Assembly: GCA_000934665.2 (NCBI GenBank)
Contig: KZ538480.1
Location: 1-64,000, forward strand
Length of the DNA: 64,000 nucleotides
Direction of reading: 5' to 3'
DNA from: Catajapyx aquilonaris
Taxonomy: Eukaryota
Part shown: one piece after another, positions 25,745 through 39,045 of the stretch
How positions within the stretch are numbered: the stretch's first letter is position 1
How the letters are laid out: each line of letters starts with the position of its first letter
Notes under the pieces: generated by a model
Seen by the model: only the letters and a program-made list of their open reading frames with translations
Database searches by the model: none
What the model was told of the DNA's origin: nothing
Made by a program: the position numbers and the translations under genes

Positions 25745-26575
25745 GGTGACTAATAGCAGTTACTTGAAATTAGCGCTTAACTAATGCCAGTTCTTTGAAG
25801 AATAGCGCTTAATTTGATACTAGCAGTTACGCATGACGTTTAATGACTAATTGTTCTTTGAAGAATAGCACTTAATTTACTAATAACAGGGTTTGAGGAA
25901 TAACGGTTAAGTGACTAATAACAGTAACCTGACGAATAACAGTTCTTTGAATAATAACGTTTAATTGTCTACTACTAGTTACTTAGCAAATATCTCTTAA
26001 TGACTAATATCCGTTACTTGACGAATAACTCTTAATGGCTTGTAATAGTTCAATAAAGAGAAGCGGCTATTTGGCTACTATACGTTGAAGAATAAGTCTC
26101 AACTGACTAATAACAGTTCTTTGAAGAACAGCGTTTAATTTACCAGCAGTCACTTGACGAATAGTTCTTAATGACTAATAACAGTTTTTTGAAGAAGAGC
26201 GCATAATTATTAATAGCAGTTACTTGTCGAATATAGCTTAATGACTACATTTTTTGAAGAATATAGCTGTTAATGGCTAATTACAGTTTCTAAATAACAA
26301 TGCATAATTTCCATATAGCAGTTACTTGCAAATAGCTCGAAAGGACCAATAATAATTCTTTGAAGAACAGCGTTAATTTACTATTACTATCAGTTACTTG
26401 ACGAATAGCTCTAATGCTAATAACAGTTCTTTGAAGAATAGCTCTTAATGGCTAATCACAGGTTTTTTGAATAACTGCATAATTTACCTCTAGCTGTTAC
26501 TTCCGCATAGCTCTTAATGACCAATAACAGTTCTTTGAAGAATAACGCTTAATTTATTATTAACAGTTACAAGAT
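25745..26575. repeat. Diverged ~35-40-bp satellite (CGCTTAATGACTAATAACAGTTCTTTGAAGAATAA-like), block 1
   Basis: Recurrent taatgactaataacagttctttgaagaata variants. Confidence 0.85.
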
Positions 26576-26807
26576 AACCTGTCGCATTTTTTACACTGCA
26601 GTGCCGGTACTGTCCACAACATGATGTTCATACCACTCGGACAGTACCTCGGAGTACCTTACAACCTGTACCGAGTAACATGTCCACCTTTTGCGTCTGG
26701 TCAGAAGACCACCTCCCCTTTAGAAACCCTCCTTTCCCTCCACCCACCCACCCACCCTCCTCTAACAAATGCAAATCAAACTGTTCTCTCAAACGGACCC
26801 CCCCCCC

Positions 26808-26913
26808 NNNNNNNNNNNNNNNNNNNNNNNNNNNNNNNNNNNNNNNNNNNNNNNNNNNNNNNNNNNNNNNNNNNNNNNNNNNNNNNNNNNNNNNNNNNNN
26901 NNNNNNNNNNNNN
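26808..26913. other. Assembly gap (106 N) flanked by poly-C
   Basis: Run of N in the sequence. Confidence 1.
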
Positions 26914-27254
26914 CCCCCTCCTCTCCAGTCCCCCTTTTCGCCCAATCGTTAGGACCCAGGCTTTATCGTCTTCATAGTAAAAGACAGCAAAAAGGAAAAA
27001 AAATTTGTCCACTTTTTGGAAATTCCTGGCACGTTGCCAAAAGGCACAGGGTGCGGTGGGGCTGAAGCTGAAATTGGCCGACTTTCGCTCACTCGCTGGA
27101 GAATCTGCGAGCGATTTTTGCCCATCTGGTGGTCACGCCTCGCTGGACTGTCCGGGAGTCATACAATTAAATTCAATGTTGATTTGCCACACACTGGCAT
27201 AAACTAGAACGGAACGGAACGGGTTTGTTCACACAACCCTCCTATAGCAGCGAA

Positions 27255-27950
27255 TAGTCCTTAATGTCTAAAACGTTATTTGAAAAATAACGCTTAACTA
27301 CTAATTGAACAATGTTGCTTAATGTCTAATAGCAGTTCTTTGAAGAATAACTATTAATGTCTAATAGCAGTTCTTTGAAGAATCACGATTAATGTCTACT
27401 AACAGTTCTTTTGAGAACAACGCTTAATGTCTAGTAACAGGTTTTTGAAGAATAATGCTTAATGACTAATAGTTTTTTTGAAATCTAACGCTTAACTACT
27501 AATAAGTTCTTTGAAGAATATCGCTTAATGCCTAAGAGCAGCTCTTTGAATAATAACGCTTAATGTCTACTAACAGTTATTTTGAAAATACCGGTTAATG
27601 TTTACTAACAGTTATTTAGAGAACAACGGTTAATGTCAACTAGCAGTTATTTTGAGAATAACTGTTAATGTATACTAACAGTTCTTTTGAGAATAACGGT
27701 TAATGTCTGCTAACAGTTTTTGAAGAATAACGGTTAATGTCTACTAACAGTTTTTGAAGAATAACTGTTAATGTCTACTAACAGTTTTTGAAGAATAACG
27801 TTTAATGAATAGATTGAACCTTATTAATCTATGTCTTAATGATTAACAACAATTCATTGAAGAATAACGCTCAGTGACTACTAACCGTTTTTGAAGTATA
27901 ATGCTTAATGACTAATAACAGTTCTTGAAAATAGCGCTTATTTGACTAAA
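27255..27950. repeat. Same satellite family, block 2
   Basis: Units such as cggttaatgtctactaacagtttttgaagaataa, same orientation as block 1. Confidence 0.9.
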
Positions 27951-28429
27951 CGGGAACGGAACGGTCATGTTCACACGGGTCATTGACCACGAGAGAGTTC
28001 AATTCAAACAATCGTGGCAACCCAGCTTTATGCATTTTTTTAGGCAAATAGGAGGGGGTCCAAATTTTGAGGTTTGATTGGTCCAGCCCCCCCTCTTTTG
28101 GTCAAAAATTAATACGAGGCCCCCCTGCGGATATCCTCCTTTTGTTCCCGGATTCTCCAGCAATCGTGGCTGATTGGCGTGACAAAAAATACCCGCAAAC
28201 CCATTTGGCAGGGGGTTTGCACAATGTCAGAGGCAAGGGGTAGGAAACCCCGTGGACGGACATTGCCGGTGGCAGGTGACATGTGCAATGGCTGCAGCCA
28301 CACACTTGATTTCGATTGGTTGTCGGTGGTGTGGGGAGAAGTAAGGGCTTGGTCACATGTGGAGGGGTTTTTTTCCGACCAGAAAACCGTTCGAAACACT
28401 GTTTCGAAACAATTGTCTAAATCAGCACC

Positions 28430-29110
28430 GAAAATGGTTTCGATAAGTTTCGATATCAGTTTCGATAATTTTTCAATAGCAATATTGGTAATATTTCGAT
28501 GTTTCGATAAAAGTTTCGTTCATATCTGGATAGCCGATAGCAGTTTCGTTAATATCTCAATCGTAATTTCTATAACTGTTTCGACGATATATTTATAATA
28601 GCCTACAACAATTTAGTTAATATTTCGACACCAGTTTCGTTAATATTTTGACACCAGTTTCGTTAATATTTTGACACCAGTTTCGTTAATATTTCGACAA
28701 CAGTTTCGTTAATAATAATTTCCTTAACATCTCAATAACTACGAGTATTTCCATAACATCTCAACTATAACTATTTTGATAAAAATTCCGTTAATAATAA
28801 TTTCAATGCAAAATTTCGATATTTTAATAACAATTTCGTTAATAAATTTCGATATTTTAATAACAATTTCGTTAACCAATTTCGATACTTTAATAACAAT
28901 TTCGTTAATAAATTTCGATCTTTTAACATGAAGTTCGTTAATAAATTTCAATCTTTTAATATGAAGTTCGTTAATACTTCGATAACAGTTCCATTAATAA
29001 TAATTTCGACTATCTCGATAATTTTAACAACTTTCTCTACTCCAGTTTTGGTGACTATTTCGGTAACCATAACGGCCTATAACCTGCTCTATAACTGTTT
29101 CGGTAACATT
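28430..29110. repeat. TTTCG(A/T)-rich island with 23-bp and 33-bp tandem cores
   Basis: ccagtttcgttaatattttgaca units (~28630-28712) and aatttcgttaataaatttcgatattttaataac units (~28810-28950). Confidence 0.85.
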
Positions 29111-29579
29111 TTCGATAAATCTCGTCGAAACCTTCTCGCCCAACTAGGGCGGTTCACTTGGGCACTGTTACTCGTCCCTCCCTCTGTATGCCAAACTTCA
29201 ATTCATATATTTCAACAGCTTGTGAAATACAACAAGCAAAACTTCAAACTTTCCCTCCTTCTCCCCCTTCCATCCTACCATCCTCCTCTATCTTCCCCAC
29301 ATCCTGAAATCATATCTCTCGTAAAGTAGCCGGAACTCAGTGCCATTTCTAGAATTAGGCTCCTTGCCACTTGACAGCCATCCAACCAGCGACTCGTTTC
29401 TGCAAGGAACAATCAAATCCTTGGCTCCACCCCCTCACGCATAATAGCCCACCCTCTCCCTCCACTCTCTTCAATCCGGGAGGACCATTCTTCCCGATTT
29501 GAGATAATCGACTTAGCCTCCATTTGGCCACCATTCAAAAAATGGCGTTTTTCTTATATTAAACAAGTCTTCTTCACCA

Positions 29580-30805
29580 GACATTTTTCTAACTCTTTTC
29601 TCTCATCCATATTTCCACCTATTTTCTATCAGCCACATTTCATCTACTTTATACCAGACACTATTTTACCTCTTCCTTGTCAGCCACTATTTTCACTTCT
29701 CTATATAATAGCCACGCTTTCTACCTCTTCGCTATCAGCCACCTCTTTTCATCCAGAAACTATTTTCACTTCTTCTCAGCCATTTCCACCTCTTCTCGCC
29801 CATACATATTTCCACCTCTTCTCTATCAGCCACCTCTTTTCCCCCAGACACTATATTCACCTCTTCCTTGTCAGCCACTATTTTCACTTCCCTACAAGCC
29901 ACGATTTCCACCTCTTCTCTAATAGCCGCTGTTCGCTTCTTTTCTCCCAAAAACTATTACAAGAGGTGTTGAGGAGAAGAGGGGAAAAATTGTTGAGGAG
30001 AAGAGGTGAAAAAGGGCTGAGGAGATGTGAAAAATTGTTGAGGAAAAGAGGTGAAAAATTATTGTTGAGGAGAAGAGGTGAAAAATGGTTGAGGAAAAGA
30101 GGTGGAAAATTGTTGAGGAGAAGCGGTGAAAAATGGTTGAGGAGAAGAGGTGAAAAATGGTTGAGATGTGAAAAATGGTTGAGGAGAAGAGGTGAAAAAT
30201 TGTTGAGATGTGAAAAATGGTTGAGGAGAAGAGGTGAAAAATTGTTGAGAAGAGGTGAAAAATTGTTGAGGAAAATAGGTGGAAAATGGTTGAGGAGAAG
30301 AGGTGAAAATGGTTGAGGAAAAAGGTGAAAAATGGTTGAGGAAAAGAGGTGAAAAATGGCTGAGGAGAAGATGTGAAAAATTGTTGGGGAAAAAAGGTGA
30401 AAAATTGTTGAGGAGAAGTGGTGAAAAATGGTTGTGGAAAAGAGGTGAAAAATGGTTGAGGAAAAAGGTGAAAAATGGTTGAGGAGAAGAGGTGAAAATA
30501 GATTTTGGGAGAAAATAAGCGAAATGAGCCATTTTGTCTATATCCAGACATTATTTCCCACCTATTTTTCCTAAACCACATTTTTCACCTCTTCTCAGCC
30601 ATTTTCACCTCTTCTTCCTCATCCATATTTCCAACCCTTCCCTATCAGCCACTTATTTCACCTCTTTGTCAGCCACCATTTTCACCTCTTCTCTAACATC
30701 CATTTTTACCACATATACCCCCAGCCATTATTTCCCACCTCTTTTCCCTAAACCACAATTTTCACCTTTTTTTCCCTCAGCCACTCTTTTTCCTCCTCAC
30801 CTCTT
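29580..30805. repeat. ~20-27-bp degenerate minisatellite with an inverted central segment
   Basis: Flanks read cagccactattttcacctcttc on +; centre (~29961-30523) reads the reverse complement gaggagaagaggtgaaaaatggtt. Confidence 0.9.
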
Positions 30806-31569
30806 CTACCCCAAATGTTTTCCATGCGTATGGAAAATAATCACACTGTTCCGAAGCAAATCCTTGCATGGGCAATTTCCCTCGCGACTGCTAGAGCTTT
30901 TCCGAGCCTATCGCTCGGCCAGAAAACCGCCCCGATTCTATAAAGGAGGACTTTAATTAGATCAAAGGCAACAAGGGAAAAAGCTCTGCAAATTCAATTT
31001 CCCTCTCATCTTTTTTAGGTGGGAGGGGAAGAAGGGGTAGGGCGGAGGAGGAGGAGAGGATTTCCACCAGATGGTGCTGGGGGTTTGGAGAAAATATGGA
31101 GGAAAGATAGGGAAAGTCAGGAAGGGATTATAAAGTTTACGGGACAAACGGTAACGTGAACGTGAAATTTCGAGGCGTCTATTGGCTACATTGCAGCCAC
31201 TGGCTAATTGCGTGGTGAGCTGATAAGAGATATTTAGACACAACTTTTATACGAAATATTAATGCTAAATAGTTAGACATTTTTCTTCCATTTTCAGACA
31301 TTTCAATTTTTACATATTTTCACGCCATATTATAGAATGTATTTTTCATTCCATTTTATGATATCTTTCACTTCATTTTCAGATGTTTCTCTTTAACTTC
31401 TGCTATTTTTCATTGCATTGTCACATCTCTTTCACTATATTATTTCCAGATATTTTTGTGTTCAATTTGAGGATATCTTCAGATATTTTCAGCCTGCTGT
31501 GAAATATTTTTCTTTACATTTTCATACGATTCACACGTTTCCTAATATCACTCAATATTTTTCCCATTC

Positions 31570-31980
31570 TCATTTCAGATATCTTTTCACTCTAATTTCG
31601 GATATCTTTTCACTCTAATTCCCGATATCTTTTCACTCTAATATCAGATATCTTTTCACTCTAATTCCAGATATATTTTCACTCTAATATCAGATATATT
31701 TTCACTCTAATTCCAGATATATTTTCACTTTAATATCAGATATATTTTCACTCTAATTCCAGATATATTTTCACTCTAATATCAGATATATTTTCACTCT
31801 AATTTCGGATATCTTTTCACTCTAATATCAGATATCTTTTCACTCTAATTCCAGATATCTTTTCACTCTAATATCAGATATCTTTTCACTCTAATTCCAG
31901 ATATCTTTTCACTCTAATGTCAGATATCCTTTCACTCTAATTTCAGATATATATGCACTCTAATTTTAGATATCTTTCAC
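31570..31980. repeat. 23-bp minisatellite (GATATCTTTTCACTCTAATATCA-like)
   Basis: Tandem units alternating ...taatatca / ...taattcca. Confidence 0.95.
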
Positions 31981-32870
31981 TTTATTTTATCGCATATATG
32001 AATCACAATATTTCCAGACGTGTCAATTTTTGTATGTTTTTCATTCAATTTGCATACATTTCTCATTCCATTTTCAGATATCATCCACTTTCTTATATTT
32101 TCACTCCATTTTGAGATACTATTTCATTCACCACCACCACTAGTCCATAGCAACATGGCGACCCATGGCAACCAGCCTGACTTTTCACTTTGACACCGTT
32201 GACGGTGCTTTTGTCGTAGTTGTTTAACGAAGGCCCATTAATTCATGAGCTATATTGCTTTACGGGAAAAGTGAGAGGAGAAAAGATTACGGCAGTAAAA
32301 TTTTTTACCGCCGATAAATCAAAGCCATAAACCCCGCACCAAAACTAACATACAATGTCCGGCTCAGCGCATCATAACACCACCATAGCAAATACACTGC
32401 GCTAAAAACAACCCGCCATTTTTTTTTGTCCATGTTCATCGCTTCACTAAGAGCCTCCTGAGCGTTATAGCCACATTTTTTCCCTCTTCCAAAACGTTGT
32501 AAGTGATATCGACCAATAGTCGTCTCCAGAGAGGACCCAGCGAACTTTGGCAACCCTTGCTGAGTATGTCCCCATCAATTATTCTTAATCTGGGTAATTG
32601 GACCGTTGCAAAAGGCATCTGGTGCCGCCTGGCTGTTAATGCAGCTTGTCTCTATCAAACCTAACGGATGGGTTCATCCAGGGACGCCATTTTTGGGCTA
32701 ATCTTATCTGACGCGCCATTTTGAATTCCAAGTGGCAGCCATGATGCCACGTTATGGTCGCGTATGGTCATTCGTTACGTTACTAAACAACATGTTACCA
32801 ACCATAAGCCAGAGTCAAAGGTCAGTTTACAAGACTAAAACTTATCTTTTATTCAGTTACAGTTGTTATA

Positions 32871-32910
32871 TCTAAATATATAAAAGGTGAAGTTTGTTTG
32901 TTTGTCCAGG
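32871..32910 (+). mobile_element. Helitron-like 5' stub
   Basis: a|tctaaatatataaaaggtgaagtttgtttgtttgtccagg. Confidence 0.5.
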
Positions 32911-32949
32911 TTTAGTGTGGCAACGGCCAGAACCAATAATTATTATGCC

Positions 32950-33365
32950 AGTGTCTAAAAAATCTCAAGTAAAAATGGTACTCAAAAAATTGTCAAAAAA
33001 ATCGCATAATTTTAAGTTCATTTCACTCCGAAAAGATATACTTTATCTTTAAATTTCGAGTAAAAATGTCAAAAAATGGTCAAAAAAACGCATAATGCTA
33101 TTTTTCAGTTAATGTCACTCCGGTCTCCGCAAAGATTTGCTTTAAAAAAAAACTACTCAAATCGAGTGGACAAATTACTCTAAAGAAAAGTGAAAATGTT
33201 CTGGCTACTACTCTTTCAGTGAGTGAAATTATCACTCATATTGAGTAAACATATTTCGCTAGAGTTAGAGTGATTGTCACTCAAAACGAGTGGGAGTCAA
33301 ATCAGGTGGAATAAAGAGTGACAACCACTCAAATCGAGTGTAAAAGCTCTCAATTTTTTAGAGTG
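32950..33365. mobile_element. Possible decayed non-autonomous DNA transposon with CACTCTAAAAAA terminus
   Basis: Right end TTTTTTAGAGTG; left end only partly matches (gtctaaaaaa); many internal actc/gagt motifs; no TSD seen. Confidence 0.3.
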
Positions 33366-33787
33366 ATACTTAGATAAATTTACAGCAATTGAACATGCTT
33401 ACGACTTGGGTACTACAAGTTTGATCACATTACGCGACATGACCATTGAGCATGTGATTTTAAAAGAAAATGTCTCCTTAGAACCCTGGAGTGACATAGT
33501 GATAACGACCCGGACACAAACCGTACCAGACCCGACTAATAGCTCCCGGCACGACAACCATAGGCTGCTGTGTGTGTAATTACCGACGCGTGTTTCCCTC
33601 CCCCCAAAATTGCAATGGCTCCAAAATGTAGTTGACCGTGTCATGCGACCAGAGATAAGGGCGGTTGAGCTTTTGCGTCACACATACACACACGAAAGGG
33701 AGTTAAGTCGTTTTGATGTGTGAAACATGACCTGCATGCTTTTACAGCTGATACGATTGATGTGGGTTTGTACCTACTGACCTAGTT

Positions 33788-34990
33788 CACTCGGTTGGTC
33801 ACTCTCGAATTGGTCAGTTAACGGTCATTTTGTCCCTCGGGTGGTTAGTCTCAATGATTCCCACCCAGGGCAACGCATGGGACGACCCAACTCTACTGTT
33901 TCTGGGGTAATCTTGACCTTTCGCGTCATCCGCGTAACTCATCGGTTGGTGACACTCGAATTGGTCAGTTAACGGTCCCCCGAGTGGTTAGTCTCATCCA
34001 GGACAACGAATGGGACGACCCAACTCTACTGTTTCTGGGGTAATCTTGACCTTTCGCGTCATCCGCGCAACTCATCGGTTGGTGACACTCGAATTGGTCA
34101 GTTAACGGTCCCCCGAGTGGTTAGTCTCATCCAGGACAACGAATGGGACGACCCAACTCTACTGTTTCTGGGGTAATCTTGACCTTTCGCGTCATCCGCG
34201 CAACTCATCGGTTGGTGACACTCGAATTGGTCAGTTAACGGTCCCCCGAGTGGTTAGTCTCATCCAGGACAACGAATGGGACGACCCAACTCTACTGTTT
34301 CTGGGGTAATCTTGACCTTTCGCGTCATCCGCGCAACTCATCGGTTGGTGACACTCGAATTGGTCAGTTAACGGTCCCCCGAGTGGTTAGTCTCATCCAG
34401 GACAACGAATGGGACGACCCAACTCTACTGTTTCTGGGGTAATCTTGACCTTTCGCGTCATCCGCGCAACTCATCGGTTGGTGACACTCGAATTGGTCAG
34501 TTAACGGTCCCCCGAGTGGTTAGTCTCATCCAGGACAACGAATGGGACGACCCAACTCTACTGTTTCTGGGGTAATCTTAACCTTTCACATCATTTGCGC
34601 AACTCATCGGTTGGTGACACTCGAATTGGTCAGTTAACGGTCCCCCGAGTGGTTAGTCCCATCCAGGACAACGCATGGGACGACCCAACTCTACTGTTTC
34701 TGGGGGTAATCTTGACCTTTCGCATCATCCGCGCAACTCATCGGTTGGTGACACTCGAATTGGTCAGTTAACGGTCCCCTGAGTGGTTAGTCCCATCCAG
34801 GACAACGCATGGGACGACCCAACTCTGGGGTAATCTTGACCTTTCACATCATCGGCGCAACTCATCGGTTGGTGACACTCGAATTGGTCAGTTAACGGTC
34901 CCATGAGTGGTTAGTCTCAGGGAATCCCGAAGACAAAGCATAGACGACCCAACTCTTGACTGTTTCTGGGGGTAATCTTGACCTTTCGTA
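33788..34990. repeat. 133-bp GC-balanced satellite, ~9 copies
   Basis: gaattggtcagttaac starts at 33807, 33958, 34091, 34224, 34357, 34490, 34623, 34757 and 34881; central copies near-identical. Confidence 0.97.
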
Positions 34991-37074
34991 TAATGCAAAT
35001 TGAGGCTTACCCATCTCCAATCTAGGCCAACAAGCAAGCTTAAGTCTGGATCTAAGTACTCCGTTGTGAACCTTTTGCGGTCCTTCCACAGCTTCCCTCA
35101 TTGAGTTTCCGCGCATCTTTGAAAAAAGTGTTTATGGCCAGAGGGAGAGATGGGTGGGGGAGTAGGGGCGCCCACAGCTGCAGCAACCGGTTTCTAAAGA
35201 TCTGCATAGCAACCCGATTAAGTCCGGGACGGGCCTGGGATTCGGGGCACGGCCTAGCCAATTCCGCCTCCGACTTTCCGCAAGACCATGTTCGAATGCT
35301 AACAGACCTCAGCTTCTAGAGTACAGATTCTGGTCCGTAAGTCCCTCCTACTTTTTCCCCTGAAACGCACTGCCATCTACCGACACAGTCCTAGGTGCAC
35401 ACTCCTGGAGATGAGAGGCTCGGAGTTTCATCCATCTTTGTCTGGAATCTGGGGGTCAGAATTGCGAGACCTGAAGGCCCCTGATAGTTTATGCCGTCGC
35501 AAAGCTCCGTGGCATGTGAGAAGCGCCTCTGGCCTGATTGCGGGGGTTTGTGGCATGATGCATGGCGCCGATGCTGGATCCTCCTGACCTGGATTCGACA
35601 CAAGATGGATTTCTTCTTGGGGAAGGGGGAGGCTTAGCCGAGTGGAAAACAGAAATCTTAACACGGGCCTGTCCAAAACGGCGCCTGCTGATTTCTCCAA
35701 GCAACCAGAAGAGATGGAGCGTGGGGGTCATTCACCTGCCCCACGTTGGGCGCCATTGTGAGGGACCCGACAAACTACTTATCATACTACAGTGCATACT
35801 GTGTAGTTTGGTTGTTTCTCCAGATGAGTCGTCAACCAGGTAGTACCACTACCCAATGCATGACTCTGACAGTGGCAGTCGGCACTGATTTTTAAGAAAT
35901 CAGAAGAGGTGGGGTCATTCACAATCCTATACCAGCGCCATTGTTATGGTTCAGTTGTGAGTTGTTACATGTGTCTGTTTGGTTGTTTGTCCGTGCCGGG
36001 GTGGTTCACCCTTTAGTTTGTCGGCACCCTGTGGTATTTCCCACAAAACGAATCGCCTTTGGCTCCAAAGGCAAGCCGAGAACAGCTCTCCAAGGAGCAA
36101 ATCAGCAGAAAAAGGCGCCCAAAACACAAACACAAAAGACGCCCAAACGCTCACAAAAACCGGATCGATCCGACGCGTATAACCCCAACCTAAAGAATTC
36201 TTGACACACTAGTGATTACAAATTCAGCATATTTTTTTTTGATCATTCGCAATGATTCCCCTTGCTGAAATAAGGCGTGAAAAGTTTTTTTTTTCTGCAG
36301 AAGAATCTTCATCGGAAAAAAAATTCTACGAATTGTCTAATATCTTTTCTCCGGAATCGATATCGATCTACGGGAGCCAATCACTGCACCGGACGCCAAT
36401 TTCGCCATCTGCGGGACGAAATTACTCTTACTTTTTCGCTCGTGACGGAAAAAAAAGAAAAAGAATCTTCTCTCCCAAAAAAATTTTTTGAGCCAGGTTT
36501 TCCAAAAGGAAGCTCCCAGCCTTTGCCTATCAAGCAGTTCCCTCCTTTTTATCCTGAGGGAAGGTTAGAAATTCAGAAGGAATAAAAGAAGGAATGGGAA
36601 TCGGGAAGAAGGTTGAGAGAAGTTTTCTTTTCAGGTAAACCACTAGATTCTTGCAAGTTATTGCTAGTTCAGTTAAGAGAAGCAAATTTGTCAAAACTTG
36701 TTATGCAATAACTATTATTTAGGTATTCGTAATATCTATTATTCGAGTAGGGGCCATTAGTTTTATCGATAATATTTTAGACATTAGTTATTAATAATCG
36801 TTATTCAGGTACTATTTTATTTCATTGTTATTATTTTATTTAATAGCTATTATATTATTTTATCTAATAGCTATTACATTATTAATAGCTGCTGTATTAT
36901 TAATAGCTATTATATTATAACTTATTATATAATACCTAAATAATAACTAATTGCTCTATTAGTGATTATTTATATTCTGTTATTTAGGCATTATACTATT
37001 TAATAGCTATTAGTTATTATTTAGGCATAATATTATTTAATAGCTATTAGTTATTATTTAGTTATTATAAGATA

Positions 37075-37215
37075 TTTTCTTTAATTATTATTTTACTGAT
37101 TATTTTCTTTAATTATTATTTTACTGATTATTTTCTTTAATTATTATTTTACTTATTATTTTCTTTAATTGTTATTTTACTGATTATTTTCTTTAATTAT
37201 TATTTTAATGATTAT
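37075..37215. repeat. ~28-bp AT-rich minisatellite in an AT island (~36700-37255)
   Basis: attttctttaattattattttactgatt tandem units. Confidence 0.9.
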
Positions 37216-38669
37216 TTTATTTAATAGCTATTATTCAGGTATTAGATATCATTCATAAATTCTTCCTGCTGTTTGTCCGGAGAAGTGGAGGAGCCAATCA
37301 CGGGGCTCAGGACACTACCCAAGAATATCTCCACCCAAAAATATCGCCACTGAGGAATATCGATGTGTATCAAGGAGTGTCGGGATTACAGTATAAGGCC
37401 ATGTATGTGTGCCGTTTTTGCGAAATTAACCGTCCTTTTGGTGTTATCAAATAGGAAGGAACGTACTGTGAGCGTTATATTAGTTCTTCGTCCGTTTTAT
37501 TGGACAAGCTGTCTCTTTGCTGCAGTCCCTGGTGGGACGTCCCCCTAATGTCCTTTTTTTGTCCCGCTTCTTGCTAGACGCAAATGTCGTTCGTAGTCAT
37601 TCGTATAGGACATACCGCGACAAACCCTATACCCTTTATATACCGTACTGTATAAAAATAAAGGCGATGTGTTGAAACAGCTTACGTAAAATCATTCTGA
37701 TGCACAAAAATGGTATATCGTTGAAATTGGTGTTGAGGTCATGACCTGGAATGAACCAATAATATTTTGGTCCTCTGTGTGCAATCCTCCAGCTCAATAT
37801 TATTCAAATGAACCGAGCAATAAACGTAAAAATAGCTCATTAATAAAGTTCGCGAATTTTTTTTGCAACTAAAAGTCCATTCCTTCAACAGCTACTATTG
37901 GCCTAATACTCTCCCCCCCCCAAAAAAAAACTCCCATTACTAAAATTGTAATGTAATGCCCTGAAGCTTGCAGACCATTACGCGGAATTTCTGGAATTTC
38001 TAAAAAGCTACGTGCATTGTGTGTATACTCAGTTGTAACGACAACAAAAAAACAGCCGTTATTTACATCCTATGAAAGTAACTATCTAGCCGAAATGAGC
38101 ATGGGCCTCGAGGTTTTTAGAAAATAGGACACCAAGAAAATTTAGCATTTTAACCTCTACAGCAGTAAAAAGTGATGCATATGCTTTCAGATGTGGGAGT
38201 GGAATGTGTGATAACTCATACCCATTCTGAGTAGAAAAGAAGCTGGGGATAATATTTGCTATGGTGGGACGAGCAACAACCAGAAGCACTTAAAAGAAGG
38301 CGTAAGTCAAGGTAACTGACATAATCTTATATACGTAAAATTGACTGTTCCACTGTCTGTCCGCGGTTAGTCATCACCCAGGTAGGCCTACGTATAGTAC
38401 CACTGATGCGCGGTAATAATGGCACAACCAAATAAAATAACAAATACGTAAATAATACTATGACTAATACCTGTATAACTGAATGCTTAATGACTAATAC
38501 CTATATAACTGAATACTTAATAACTAATACATATACTGTATAACTGAACACTTATAACTAATACTGAGCGTTATTAAGGTATTAGTTATTAATAATACAT
38601 ATTATAATACTTAATAACTAATGTTGAATATTATTTATTATTAATTAATAATAGCTAATACTTAAACTA

Positions 38670-39045
38670 ATAATACTCACAGCTAATATTTAAGACAATA
38701 ATACTCATAGCTAATATTTAAGACAATAATACTCACAGCTAATATTTAAGACAATAATACTCACAGCTAATATTTAAGACAATAATACTCATAGCTAATA
38801 TTTAAGACAATAATACTCATAGCTAATATTTAAGACAATAATACTCACAGCTAATATTTAAGACAATAATACTCACAGCTAATTTTTAAGACAATAATAC
38901 TAATAACTGATACTTAAAATAATACTGATAACTAATACTTAAAATAATACTAATAACTAATACTTAAAATAATACTAATAACTAATACTTAAAATAATAC
39001 TAATAACTAACACTTAATAATACTAATAACTAATACTTACAATAA
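38670..39045. repeat. 28-bp then ~25-bp AT-rich minisatellites
   Basis: aataatactca(c/t)agctaatatttaagac about 8 times, followed by aataatactaataactaatacttaa units. Confidence 0.95.

Noticed and set aside
29919..30581. 220-aa and overlapping repeat-protein ORFs
   Set aside because: Translations of the inverted minisatellite, open on both strands.
33788..34990. Hammerhead-ribozyme-like CCGATGAG...GAAA in the minus strand of the 133-bp unit; also considered as a CRISPR-like array
   Set aside because: Core deviates from CUGAUGA, stems I and II do not pair and there is no NUH site; units are contiguous with no variable spacers.
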